Part shown: positions 50,610 through 60,290 of the stretch, one piece after another
How positions within the stretch are numbered: position 1 is the stretch's first letter
How the letters are laid out: the number at the start of each line of letters is the position of its first letter
Assembly (NCBI GenBank): GCA_964458565.1
Contig: CAYWJO010000002.1
Location: forward strand, 72,908-136,907
Direction of reading: 5' to 3'
DNA from: an uncultured archaeon
GTDB lineage: Archaea > Asgardarchaeota > Thorarchaeia > Thorarchaeales > Thorarchaeaceae
Length of the DNA stretch: 64,000 bases
The notes under the pieces: model-generated
The model's database searches: none
What the model was told of the DNA's origin: nothing
What the model saw: the letters and a program-made list of their open reading frames with translations, nothing else
Program-made: the position numbers and the translations under genes

Positions 50610-50873
50610 TTAGTCCTTTTCTGAAGATTCTATAAAAGATATTGCAACTTCAGTATCTGCCAATTGGAAATGACTATCCACATAACAAACGAGATAATGG
50701 TCTTTATGTTTGATGACAATGGGTGCCGGAAAGCGTTTGACTGTCTTGAGGGCTTCCTCTGGAACTTTCCAGTAGATTGTTTCTTTGCAGACTGGGCATT
50801 GAAGCCACTTAAGTCCTTCAGCCATCAACAGCACCTGTTTATAGTGGACGCATGCATTCTCTCGTGTTGGCAA
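50610..50873 (-). CDS. Small Zn-binding hypothetical protein
   Basis: CPVC...H..H...YVD pattern. Confidence 0.6.
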   Translation of the reverse strand: MPTRENACVHYKQVLLMAEGLKWLQCPVCKETIYWKVPEEALKTVKRFPAPIVIKHKDHYLVCYVDSHFQLADTEVAISFIESSEKD

Positions 50874-50937
50874 TCGTACTAAAAACGTTTGTGCAGATAA
50901 GCCTGCCTCGTGTTCCTATCATTTAAGACCTCAACTT

Positions 50938-51771
50938 TTATTTTTCATCAAGATCCATGTCCCATGCTCCTGGATCTTCCAAGTCTCTACTTAGTATCGG
51001 TCCTTTTCGGAGGGAAAGTGAATCAATATCCACTCTGTCAGTATCGACAACCAATTCTTCAGTATCCTCATCCAAGTATGCAGGAATAAGACCCTCCGAA
51101 ATTCCACGTCGAACAAAGCTCTTAACCCGTGATTTCTCTATACCTGTACTTTTAGAAAGACTAGCAATTGTGGCTGCAGCTTCTGACTCTAAAGTAGTTC
51201 TCACAAATCCTGCGAAAAGAAGAATAAAGTAGTGTCTAACTCTTCTGATACGGTTTTTATCTTCCGCACCTACAAATATGTCCTCAATTCCCTCGTATGC
51301 TTCACCAAATTGAAATTCAGAAAGCAGTGATGCAACAATTGCCAACTCCTTGGATTCACCATGCGTTGTTTTGAGTGCTGCATCGATAAGCTGTCTTCCT
51401 AAATCCAGGTCACCTCCAAGTATCGAACAAAATGCGCCGTCAACAAATCTTACAGGATTCTTCTCTTCTTCTGCTGCAAGAACATACGCCTCAGCAGCAA
51501 TCTGACAGTTAAGCTCGAATTTTTCGAATTCACCTTGTTTTATCCATGCATATCCTGCTTCAATGAGAAAGTTGGCACCTCTAGAGTACTGATATACTAG
51601 CATAGCATGCTCATACGCTCTATCATAATCATTGGCTGCTTTCTTGTATGATTCCCATCTCTTCCAGCAATCTGCAGCTGTGCCGAAAAGATTCATTGCA
51701 TCCCAGTTCTTTCCTTCTTTTGCACACTCCTCCGCCCTTTCTTCTAATGTTATACAATCAGAGGATGTCAA
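50938..51771 (-). CDS. SNAP/TPR-like repeats + C-terminal PCI-like winged helix
   Basis: AA..Y..A repeats; TIASLSKSTGI....V...V.RGISEGLIPAYLD....ELVV. Confidence 0.65.
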   Translation of the reverse strand: MTSSDCITLEERAEECAKEGKNWDAMNLFGTAADCWKRWESYKKAANDYDRAYEHAMLVYQYSRGANFLIEAGYAWIKQGEFEKFELNCQIAAEAYVLAAEEEKNPVRFVDGAFCSILGGDLDLGRQLIDAALKTTHGESKELAIVASLLSEFQFGEAYEGIEDIFVGAEDKNRIRRVRHYFILLFAGFVRTTLESEAAATIASLSKSTGIEKSRVKSFVRRGISEGLIPAYLDEDTEELVVDTDRVDIDSLSLRKGPILSRDLEDPGAWDMDLDEK

Positions 51772-51968
51772 TTGGAAAGCACTCCTAAGAATGTATTATT
51801 GACTCTATTGATTCTTCTTAAACATGGTTGTATGGTGTAGCAGATGAGTCTATCAGTTGATATGAGAGTTCAATAATTTCCTCCAAGTAAAGCATCTTGA
51901 GCTGCATTTCTTTGAAGAAATTGCATTGATTCTACTTCATATAATAATGCAATGAAAAAGAGAGAATG

Positions 51969-51991
51969 GGTGAGCGAAATCTACGCTCACC
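51969..51991 (-). terminator. Hairpin overlapping ABC ATPase stop codon
   Basis: GGTGAGCG/CGCTCACC followed on the minus strand by a pyrimidine/T tract. Confidence 0.55.
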
Positions 51992-52673
51992 TGTCAGATG
52001 TGATTCTACCATCCTTCATTCTAAGAACTCGCTTTGCAAATTTGGTGAGTTCTTCATTGTGAGTGACAAGAACAACGGTCATCTTGCGGTCTCTATTTAG
52101 ATTTGCTATGATTTTCAAGATGCTCTCGCCAGTCTTCGAATCTAAATTCCCTGTAGGCTCATCACAAAATAGAATCGGTGGGTCGTTTACCAAAGCACGT
52201 GCTATTGCAACGCGTTGTTGTTCACCACCAGACAGTTGTGCGGGTCTATGATCGCGACGTTCAAGCATGTCAACTTCTCGAAGAACTTCAAGAGCTCGTG
52301 CTTCCTGTTTCTCTTTGGTATAGTCCTTACTTGGCCAGAGAACAGATTCAACATTCTCATAGGATGTAAGGTCCTCAATTAGGAGGAACGACTGGAAAAC
52401 GAATCCAATCTTTTGAGCGCGAACCTTAGGAAGATCTCTCTCGCTAATCAATGTGACATCCACTCCATCGAGTAGAATCCTACCTGAACTTGGTTGTTCA
52501 AGTCCGGCGCTGACATGAAGAAGGGTTGACTTGCCACAACCTGAAGGTCCGACAACTGCAACAAACTCTCCTGGCATTATCTCAAGATTGACGTCTTTCA
52601 AAGCAGCAACGGTGTTCTTACCCTTTCCGTATTCCTTGTCAACTTCTTCAAGTTTGATAATAGGATTTACCAT
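51987..52673 (-). CDS. ABC ATPase, LolD/MacB type
   Basis: [31 protein letters not shown]. Confidence 0.94.
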   Translation of the reverse strand: MVNPIIKLEEVDKEYGKGKNTVAALKDVNLEIMPGEFVAVVGPSGCGKSTLLHVSAGLEQPSSGRILLDGVDVTLISERDLPKVRAQKIGFVFQSFLLIEDLTSYENVESVLWPSKDYTKEKQEARALEVLREVDMLERRDHRPAQLSGGEQQRVAIARALVNDPPILFCDEPTGNLDSKTGESILKIIANLNRDRKMTVVLVTHNEELTKFAKRVLRMKDGRITSDR

Positions 52674-52676
52674 TTT

Positions 52677-53201
52677 CTACTCCTCCCTTAGTGCACGCAT
52701 CGGGGGTATCTTCATTGCTCTGTACTGAGCTGCAGCTAATCCTGGTAATTGCAGAAATACAATGATAAGTACCGCTGGGATCAAGAATGGTAGGTCTATA
52801 ACGATTATTCCTGTAAGTTCTGAAAGAAGTGGACCTACGCCTGCTACATATGTAATCAGTCCTAGAATGTAGACACTCACATTGAATACCAATAGAAATG
52901 CTACAAATGAAACCAATACAACTTCCCCAATCAGGAGAAGAAGTATGTCATTATTCTGCCATGAAATACACTTCAGGATAGCAATATCACGACGTCTGAA
53001 TTGTGCTATCAATACTGCATAGACTGTTGCGATGACAAATGAGACAAATACCCAAAGAATGGGGTCTGCTCCTGCACTGGTACCTTCCAATCCTCTTCCT
53101 AGCTGTATATACAGAACCGCATAAATAATCATAAAGAATAGTACTCGTTTTCTGGCGCGGAATGCGACTTTCAGGCTCTTAAACAAAATTCTCCAGTTCA
53201 A
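52677..53201 (-). CDS. Minimal FtsX-like permease
   Basis: RRRDIAILKCI, RAMKIPPMRALREE; no large extracytoplasmic domain. Confidence 0.82.
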   Translation of the reverse strand: MNWRILFKSLKVAFRARKRVLFFMIIYAVLYIQLGRGLEGTSAGADPILWVFVSFVIATVYAVLIAQFRRRDIAILKCISWQNNDILLLLIGEVVLVSFVAFLLVFNVSVYILGLITYVAGVGPLLSELTGIIVIDLPFLIPAVLIIVFLQLPGLAAAQYRAMKIPPMRALREE

Positions 53202-53277
53202 TTAAGTTTCCTCCTTTTACGGCATGGCTTAGTTTTTGAAATGAATGAATCCTTAAAGTGTGTTACGGGGGGTGAAT

Positions 53278-53550
53278 TTAAGATTTGTTTGGCTTACCTT
53301 GCGACTGGCGTTCATATATTGCTGGATTTCCATCAACCCATAACTCTCTTCGAAGAAGGTCTCTTATTGCTACTCGTATCGCTTCACTTCTTGATGGATA
53401 CATACCGATTTCTACAAGTTTATCCAATCCATCAGCGTAGATCTCGCTCATCTTTACGGTTATCAGTCGCATCGTGTGGTCATCCCGTTCTCGTACCACC
53501 CCGGTATTACCGGTTATAATCTCTTCGAGGTTGAATTTGGAGGGCGCCAT
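53278..53550 (-). CDS. Ribbon-helix-helix regulator (CopG/CdrS-like)
   Basis: LITVKM...LD.LV..G.YPSRSEAIR.AIRDLL. Confidence 0.85.
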   Translation of the reverse strand: MAPSKFNLEEIITGNTGVVRERDDHTMRLITVKMSEIYADGLDKLVEIGMYPSRSEAIRVAIRDLLRRELWVDGNPAIYERQSQGKPNKS

Positions 53551-53700
53551 TTATGGACGAACTACTGTCTGCTAGAGGGTATATAGTCCGAAAAAGGCTA
53601 AATACAGACTAGCTTTCATTGACTTTGTGCATGGATGATAGAAAACACACCAAACCTAGACTGTCCTTTATGCTGATCGATTTAACCGAGTGGGTCTAAA

Positions 53701-54237
53701 GTGTCGAGCGAGAATTTCACCTACATGCGAAAAGTGGTTATGATTGGAGCAGGTGGTAGTGGAAAGACTGCACTTGTCAATCGATTTCTCACAAAAAAAT
53801 TCTCGGAGCAATATATCGTCACAATAGGCTCACAATTTGCAGTCAAGACCGTTGAAACAATAAATGAACATAATGAACATATTGTTGTAAAATTGCTGGT
53901 GTGGGATTTAGCAGGTCAAGAGCGTTTTGACTTTATCCGTACAAGTTACTATCAAGGATCGAAAGGCGCATTACTTGTCTATGATACAACTCGAAAAAAC
54001 ACTTTTGCTGATCTACCAAAGTGGTTAGATGAAACTGACAAGGCTCTCGGAAAAAGAATTCCTATTATTATTCTAGCTAATAAAGTTGATCTGGCTGATG
54101 AGCGAGTCATAGATACCGAGATGGGAATGCGTTTTGTAGAAGAAAACAATCTTTTTGGTTATCTTGAAACCAGTGCTCTTAGTGGGCAGAATGTTGAGAA
54201 TGCTTTCTATATGCTCGCAAAAGCAAGTCTTGCGTAA
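53701..54237 (+). CDS. Rab-like small GTPase
   Basis: GAGGSGKT, TIG, WDLAGQERF, NKVD, ETSA. Confidence 0.93.
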   Translation: MSSENFTYMRKVVMIGAGGSGKTALVNRFLTKKFSEQYIVTIGSQFAVKTVETINEHNEHIVVKLLVWDLAGQERFDFIRTSYYQGSKGALLVYDTTRKNTFADLPKWLDETDKALGKRIPIIILANKVDLADERVIDTEMGMRFVEENNLFGYLETSALSGQNVENAFYMLAKASLA

Positions 54238-54309
54238 AGCCTTTACCGCTATACATAATTATGTTTACAATTGCTCAAACACAGTTCAAATTATTCGATG
54301 TGTTATATC

Positions 54310-55452
54310 ATGAGTAAGTTCAAACTGGATTTGGGTCTCCTGGAAAAACTATGCAATGCCTTCGGTCCAAGTGGACATGAGCATGACGCACAAAAAGTTG
54401 CAAGAGACCATGGTAAGAAGTACGCTGATGAAGTTCTATATGACCGCATGGGTTCAGTTATTTTTAGAAAGGGCGAAAAGGGTCCTAAGATAATGATTGC
54501 TGGTCATGTTGACGAAATCGGATTCGTTATCACCAATATTGAGAAGACTGGCTTCTTACGTTTTCATCAGTTGGGCGGTTGGTGGGACCAGACCTTGCTC
54601 ACACAAGAAGTTCTCATAAAACCTTCTGCAGGAGCGGAGAATGTGATTGGTGTTATTGGGGCGCCTCCTCCACATGTCTTATCTCCTGATCAGAGGTCAA
54701 AAGTTGTTAGTAAAGATCAGATGTTCATAGACATTGGTGCAGGTTCTAAAAAAGAAGTCGAGGAGCTAGGTATCCGAATCGGAGACCCCGCAGTACCATA
54801 TGCTCATTTTCGAACAATGAAACGAACGAGAAAGGAAAAGAAAAATGAGGACGACAAGGACGCCAAAGAAATCACTCGTGAAGTCACACTTGCTGCTGCA
54901 AAGGCTTTTGATGATAGGATTGGAGTATTCATTGCTTTGGAAGTCCTACGTCGCCTCTCTGAGGAGAACATTGAACATCCGAATACTGTCTATGCTGTCA
55001 GTACAGTGCAGGAGGAGATTGGTCTTCGTGGTGCCCGTACTGCTGCTCAGATGCTTCTACCTGACATTGGATTCTCACTGGATGTTGACATCTCGGGTGA
55101 TGTACCGGGAGTAGAGGGTCTTGTTCAAAAAATGGGGAAGGGTGTTTCAATATCAGCTGGTGATGGGTCCATGATTCCGAATCCCAAATTCCGCAAGTTT
55201 GTGCTTGATGTTGCTAAGGAACTAGATGTCCGGCATCAAGATGCTTTCCTAAAGGCTGGTGGAACTGATGCTGGTATCATTCACATAACAGGAATAGGCG
55301 CACCATCAATTTTCCTTGGGATACCAACACGTCACATTCACTCTCACCATGCGATATTGGATATGAGTGATGTCGAAGCAGCAATTGAACTTCTAGTAGA
55401 ACTTATCAAAAGGCTCGATGAAAAGACCGTCGCTAGTTTTACAGAACTATAG
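54310..55452 (+). CDS. M42 (TET) aminopeptidase
   Basis: GPSGHE, GHVDEIG, KAFDDR, QEEIGLRGA, GGTDAG, RHIHS. Confidence 0.95.
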   Translation: MSKFKLDLGLLEKLCNAFGPSGHEHDAQKVARDHGKKYADEVLYDRMGSVIFRKGEKGPKIMIAGHVDEIGFVITNIEKTGFLRFHQLGGWWDQTLLTQEVLIKPSAGAENVIGVIGAPPPHVLSPDQRSKVVSKDQMFIDIGAGSKKEVEELGIRIGDPAVPYAHFRTMKRTRKEKKNEDDKDAKEITREVTLAAAKAFDDRIGVFIALEVLRRLSEENIEHPNTVYAVSTVQEEIGLRGARTAAQMLLPDIGFSLDVDISGDVPGVEGLVQKMGKGVSISAGDGSMIPNPKFRKFVLDVAKELDVRHQDAFLKAGGTDAGIIHITGIGAPSIFLGIPTRHIHSHHAILDMSDVEAAIELLVELIKRLDEKTVASFTEL

Positions 55453-55456
55453 AAAA

Positions 55457-55498
55457 AATAGAATTCGGTCCCTTTTTTTTGAGGACTGAATTTCTATT
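55457..55498. terminator. Bidirectional hairpin between convergent genes
   Basis: AATAGAATTCGGTCC ... GGACTGAATTTCTATT around a T8 loop. Confidence 0.6.
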
Positions 55499-55515
55499 CT
55501 TATTCATGCGTTATT

Positions 55516-56604
55516 CTAACGCTCTCTCTCCCCTTTAATGAACTCATCAACGTGTCTTTGTGCCTCAAAATCATCCATTTGGACGCGTGGGTGTTTGAAG
55601 CTATATGAGCTGATGCTTGTTAGCTCGCCACCTATACCACGGTCGAGAGCGAGTTTAATCGCCCTGATTACGTCGATGATTACACCAGCACTATTAGGTG
55701 AGTCTTGGACGGAGAGTTTGAGGTGGAGATCAATCGGGAGGTTTCCAAATGCCTTTGATCTCATACTGATGTAACAGACTTTGTTATCTTCCAAGAATGG
55801 TACATAGTCACTCGGTCCAATTTTAGTTGGAAGTTCATAATCAACACAGCTAGTGACTGCCTCGGTCTTGCTGATTCTCTTTGAGGAGAGTCTATTTTCT
55901 ACTTGCATATTCTCAAAGTCTGTGTTACCGCCAATGTTTAGCTGATACGTGTTCTGGAGAATAAGCCCTCTTTTGTCAAAGAGTTGAGCTAAAACTCGGT
56001 GAAGAATTGTAGCCCCCAATTGGCTCTTTATATCGTCTCCTGCACAAGGAAGATTCTTTTCCTTGAACGCCTTAGCTATTGGGTTTTCAGGATCAGATAC
56101 GATGAATTCAGGAAACGCATTGATGAATCCGATGCCTGCATCTATGGCTGCTTGAGCATAGATACGAGACGCTTTCGCACTGCCAACTGGGAGGTAACTA
56201 ACTAACACGTCAGCCTTAGCCTTTCTTAGCTCCTCGGCGACATCAACAGGTTGCATCTCATTCTCATCGTAAGCAAAGAATGACTCTCTCATATGTGGAG
56301 CGACACCATCAGAGATGGGTCCTGGAAGAACCTTCACTCCAGTTTTTGGAACATCCGGTGCGAATTTCCAACAAACATTTGGCTCCACCCAAATCGCATC
56401 TGCAATATCAAGACCGATTTTCTTTCTATTAGCCTCAAAAGCTGCTACAAACTTTAAATCCTTAGGAAAGTAGCCACCAAAATCAACATGCATCAAACCT
56501 GGGACTTCTTCATCTGCTTTGGAGTTCCTGTAATAGTGGACTCCTTGGATGAGTGCTGAAGCACAATTTCCCAATCCTGCTATTGCTACTCTAATATCGC
56601 CCAT
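55516..56604 (-). CDS. ino1: Myo-inositol-1-phosphate synthase
   Basis: GLGNCASAL, YLPVGS, GDDIKSQLGAT, GGNTDF, DSPNSAG. Confidence 0.96.
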   Translation of the reverse strand: MGDIRVAIAGLGNCASALIQGVHYYRNSKADEEVPGLMHVDFGGYFPKDLKFVAAFEANRKKIGLDIADAIWVEPNVCWKFAPDVPKTGVKVLPGPISDGVAPHMRESFFAYDENEMQPVDVAEELRKAKADVLVSYLPVGSAKASRIYAQAAIDAGIGFINAFPEFIVSDPENPIAKAFKEKNLPCAGDDIKSQLGATILHRVLAQLFDKRGLILQNTYQLNIGGNTDFENMQVENRLSSKRISKTEAVTSCVDYELPTKIGPSDYVPFLEDNKVCYISMRSKAFGNLPIDLHLKLSVQDSPNSAGVIIDVIRAIKLALDRGIGGELTSISSYSFKHPRVQMDDFEAQRHVDEFIKGERER

Positions 56605-56691
56605 GAGAGTATCCTCTAAAACTATTCTATAATCATAGAATAGTACGTGTCTTTTAAAACTATCGAGGTGGCATAAATAGTAGTTATGATA

Positions 56692-57489
56692 TTATTCATC
56701 TATTTCTGGATCATAGTCTGAAAAGAGTAATTGCCTTGCTGAAGTAGTCGTCTTTGGTCCGATACCTGGCACTTCGGTCCATTCATCTATTCGTGTAACA
56801 ACCTGCATCGGTGACTTGAAATGTTCGAGCAGTGCTTTTGCCCTAACAACATTTACACCTGGAAGGCCTGCAACAAAAAATTCCTGTTCATCCGCTGCTG
56901 AATCAAGACCCTTTCTTGTTCTAATTACTGGTAGTCTGTCATTCTTCTTACTCATCTTACCACTTCGTCCCATCAGGATGCTATAGAGAAGACCAGCCGA
57001 ATGAAGTGCATTGAATCCTTCAAGAACCTCAATTCCTCTCTCTCTTATACTCTCTATCAACGCATCCAATGAGGCTGGATGGATGAAACTCGCTCTCTCA
57101 ATGGTGACAAAATATCCTTTCTTTGATTTCTTGGTGCTAAATGGAATGTATACACATTTCTTGATGGGGTCTCTTCGAATAGCCAGTATATTCTCGATCA
57201 GAACATAAGGTCTATCATATTCTGATAGTGCCTCAAGTTGTTTTGTCAGTCGTGGCACACCTGATTGGCTTCCTTTCAGAGTATTGACCAAGTCACTTAC
57301 TGTCTTTCTTTCAATAGCAATTCCATTCATACCAAGAATATCACCAATTGGGATCTTCTCGATAGTATATTTGACTCCCTCTTTATCAAGCATTGAAATG
57401 AGGTGCTTTACAGAATTCATCCCCTTACCTGTAGTCTCATGAATATCAATGACTATTTCAGGAACATTTCCAAACAAATCCATTTGCAT
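56692..57489 (-). CDS. xpf: Short XPF/ERCC4 nuclease with HhH2
   Basis: D.HE, GD, IERKTVSDL, LPGV...A..LL..F, VPGIG. Confidence 0.88.
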   Translation of the reverse strand: MQMDLFGNVPEIVIDIHETTGKGMNSVKHLISMLDKEGVKYTIEKIPIGDILGMNGIAIERKTVSDLVNTLKGSQSGVPRLTKQLEALSEYDRPYVLIENILAIRRDPIKKCVYIPFSTKKSKKGYFVTIERASFIHPASLDALIESIRERGIEVLEGFNALHSAGLLYSILMGRSGKMSKKNDRLPVIRTRKGLDSAADEQEFFVAGLPGVNVVRAKALLEHFKSPMQVVTRIDEWTEVPGIGPKTTTSARQLLFSDYDPEIDE

Positions 57490-57491
57490 TT

Positions 57492-58130
57492 CTATTCCCC
57501 ATTAAAGAGGGTCATCAGTGCCGCCATAGAAACCTCTCGTGCTAGATTCTTGTCATCTGAAGAACCAAGAATCACAACATCACCCTCCTCTGGTCTTAGA
57601 CTCTCCATAATTAGTATGGTTTCCTCTTCATAATGTAATAGAATATGATAATCATCAGGAGGCATAACTAGCGTTCCACCCTTTTGAATAAGAGTTGTTG
57701 CTCCTGCGATACCATACCCACCCTGAATGATTGCCTCGTCCCTTTGACGAACTCCATCTTTGATTTGATTTGCCTTGCCTTTTACCAGATTTGCATAGGC
57801 GGTACTATAGACAACAAGTGTTGGTACATCCAGAAACATACCTATTGATACATCTTTAGAAATCTGGTGAAAGACGCGCATACCTTCGTCCGAAAGTCGT
57901 TGTCCCTGTTTTCCATCAGCAACGATATACCCTGCATCTGTCAAACGTTTCAGCAATGTCCGTGTACTTCCTTCACCAATAGACATCTGTTCAGTCAATT
58001 CATATCTCCCAAGCGGTTGTTCTCTTCCTATCATGACTAGTGCAACAGCTGCATGGTGTGGTTTTATCGCAGGAGCGACGCGGCCATCAGCTGCTTCAAC
58101 AAGTTTGGTGAAGGTTTCTTTCCATGACAA
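57492..58130 (-). CDS. wHTH + DUF2111/DUF4443-like protein
   Basis: GR..L.....IGEGS.RTL, G..QRDEA...G..GATT. Confidence 0.75.
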   Translation of the reverse strand: MSWKETFTKLVEAADGRVAPAIKPHHAAVALVMIGREQPLGRYELTEQMSIGEGSTRTLLKRLTDAGYIVADGKQGQRLSDEGMRVFHQISKDVSIGMFLDVPTLVVYSTAYANLVKGKANQIKDGVRQRDEAIIQGGYGIAGATTLIQKGGTLVMPPDDYHILLHYEEETILIMESLRPEEGDVVILGSSDDKNLAREVSMAALMTLFNGE

Positions 58131-58176
58131 AACAAATACACTCCTGATACGTTTCTTTTCTTCTCATCGTTCTATT

Positions 58177-58767
58177 TTACTCATGTAAACTTGTATCTAT
58201 CGATTGCTCCCAGATGAGATGCGCAAATTCACTCCTTATTATTCTTACAATCCTTGGAATCCCTATTGCGAAGATTATGATATTCGACGCAATGTGAGCA
58301 ACGTGATATAGAGCCCCAGTAATTATTGCTGCAATGAAGGGAACGCCGAACGTTATGGAGTATCCGAGATCTGTGATAAGATCAAAAAGAAGCGTTACAA
58401 ATCCTCCTATTATACCAAGATGAACTGCATTGAATGGTTCCGTATTATCTTCGGATTCAATTAATCCCATTAGATATCCAGCAACCACAATTACACCCCA
58501 CGCAATAGCTTGAGATATCCATATAATTGGATAAAATCCTCCCCATGGATTCAGAACACTGAAGATTATAGAAGCAATAATCATAGAACTGAAACCGATA
58601 TCCAATCCGAATACCAGACCTATTATGAAGAACACAACAGAACCAAGTTCGACATTTGGAATTGCTACAAAGAGGTATGTTCCAACTAAAGCCAGAGCAG
58701 ACAAAATAGCTGTTAGTGAAGTCTTGCGACTAGGTGGTATATTTCCTGTCCGGTTTGTAACACCCAC
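58177..58767 (-). CDS. ECF transporter S component (CbrT-like, putative cobalamin)
   Basis: A..SAL, IPNVE, H...N motifs; co-oriented with DUF4430 gene. Confidence 0.75.
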   Translation of the reverse strand: MGVTNRTGNIPPSRKTSLTAILSALALVGTYLFVAIPNVELGSVVFFIIGLVFGLDIGFSSMIIASIIFSVLNPWGGFYPIIWISQAIAWGVIVVAGYLMGLIESEDNTEPFNAVHLGIIGGFVTLLFDLITDLGYSITFGVPFIAAIITGALYHVAHIASNIIIFAIGIPRIVRIIRSEFAHLIWEQSIDTSLHE

Positions 58768-58785
58768 TAACTTACCTCCCTTCCT

Positions 58786-59529
58786 TTAGCTTCGTTGGTC
58801 CACAATTGCTACTAATGCGATTAGAAATAGAATGGCGCCAACGAAAAGAAGGAATGAACTAATCAGCGGTGTACTGACAGATAGTATCTCTATCTCCAGA
58901 TTATACGGGGTTCCAAATGAATAACTCACATTAGCATATACCAAGACACCTGATGATAGATCATATGATAATTGAAGTAATAGCGGGGTTCCAAAGATTG
59001 GTTGGTCTTGTACATAATCAAATGATATGCAATTGTAACCAATCCCATTTGCTTGAATGATGCCACGGTTTGACACCATTGTTCCATTCAAGTAATTACC
59101 AAATACCCGTTCAGCAGAGGTATATGCGGATGCATTTTCCGAAATCAGACTATCTTCATCAGTATCAATTAAGAATCCTGGGGACCATTGTGTCAGTCCC
59201 CATACTCCCAACGTGAGATCTAATGCAACATCAGTATCATTTCCTCTCCACGTCGAATTGCCTAGAGTTACAATTCCTCCAACCTCATCACCGAGCTCAG
59301 TTATTTGAAAGCTGAGTATACTATCATTTGATGCAATCCATTTCCCTGATCCAGAGAAAAACAACTCGAATGGAACTGCAGGTGCATGTTTGATTTTCCA
59401 TTGTATTGTAGCATCACCTATGAGTCCGGGTGCTAGTGGATTCAAATAACCCGCTGCAATAGCTGTAGGTACAATGGCCACACCAAGAAAAAGGAAACCT
59501 ACAACAGCTAAATAGAAATTATTCTTCAT
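58786..59529 (-). CDS. Exported, C-terminally anchored hypothetical protein
   Basis: Signal peptide, YD..SGVLV beta-rich body, C-terminal TM. Confidence 0.7.
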   Translation of the reverse strand: MKNNFYLAVVGFLFLGVAIVPTAIAAGYLNPLAPGLIGDATIQWKIKHAPAVPFELFFSGSGKWIASNDSILSFQITELGDEVGGIVTLGNSTWRGNDTDVALDLTLGVWGLTQWSPGFLIDTDEDSLISENASAYTSAERVFGNYLNGTMVSNRGIIQANGIGYNCISFDYVQDQPIFGTPLLLQLSYDLSSGVLVYANVSYSFGTPYNLEIEILSVSTPLISSFLLFVGAILFLIALVAIVDQRS

Positions 59530-59531
59530 AT

Positions 59532-60041
59532 TTACATTCTCCTTCTATGATATAGTACTCCTAAAAATACAGTAATGATTAAACTAATTGAAATGATACC
59601 AAAAAACGTAGATGGCTCCTGAATTACATTCCCAGTATAATCTACTTGTGATGATACAAATCGCCAAGAAACGACATCGCCATCTTGGAGGATAAAGACA
59701 TTGGATGCGCTTGATGCATATGCTCCATTGACCCAGTATTGCCAATACATCTCATTGTTGGAATTACTTGATATACCATCAATGCCTGTCACGAATGCAT
59801 ATCCCCAAACATCGTAATAGAGCTCTACTTCCGCAATAGATTGTGTTATGTTCAGGACGTTCGGACCGGAGAGGTTCTGGATTATCCGAGTTGAACTATT
59901 TCCATAGTCAATCTCTAGTGAGATGTCATCAGCTGCTAAGATGATTGTATTATCATTACTCCCATATCCGACTGCTGATGGTATATAGTTGATTATGAAT
60001 AATAGTGCAAGAATGAAGATTAGTTTCTTAGATTGGGTCAT
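59532..60041 (-). CDS. DUF4430 (transcobalamin-like beta domain) membrane-anchored protein
   Basis: FVTGIDG, YWQYWVNG.YA..AS....LQDGD.V.W; signal peptide from ATG 60041. Confidence 0.85.
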   Translation of the reverse strand: MTQSKKLIFILALLFIINYIPSAVGYGSNDNTIILAADDISLEIDYGNSSTRIIQNLSGPNVLNITQSIAEVELYYDVWGYAFVTGIDGISSNSNNEMYWQYWVNGAYASSASNVFILQDGDVVSWRFVSSQVDYTGNVIQEPSTFFGIISISLIITVFLGVLYHRRRM

Positions 60042-60116
60042 ATAGTTCGCCATCATAGGATATGTTGACCTACGATTCCAGCAAATTCCTAAATATATCT
60101 TCCTCTCTAACAAAGT

Positions 60117-60290
60117 GTGCTGGTGTGGTTTCGTGGATTGACTGAACATGAGAACTCTGCAAGGGAACCGGGCCTAGAAATAGCCTGGCCATAGAACGAA
60201 CGAACGCGGTTGCAAGTCGCTATCGCAGTTTGTTACATGGGAGGGGTGTTCAGCCAATCTGTCACGCCACAGAATGTAGCTCCAGCACCA
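60117..60290 (+). ncRNA. Candidate structured ncRNA (unassigned; some RNase P RNA-like motifs)
   Basis: Nested helices GTGCTGG/CCAGCAC, TGTGG/CCACA, CGTG/CACG, GATTG/CAATC, CTGAACA/TGTTCAG enclosing GAAA- and GCAA-capped hairpins. Confidence 0.55.

Noticed and set aside
60042-60149. N-terminal extension of the DUF4430 ORF in the track
   Set aside because: The signal peptide starts near ATG 60041; the extension runs through the promoter and structured RNA region.
60117-60290. SRP RNA or canonical cobalamin riboswitch
   Set aside because: Lacks the SRP helix-8 CAGG/AGCA loop and Alu domain; the AAGGGAA resemblance is on the strand opposite the B12-like operon and no B12 box is evident.
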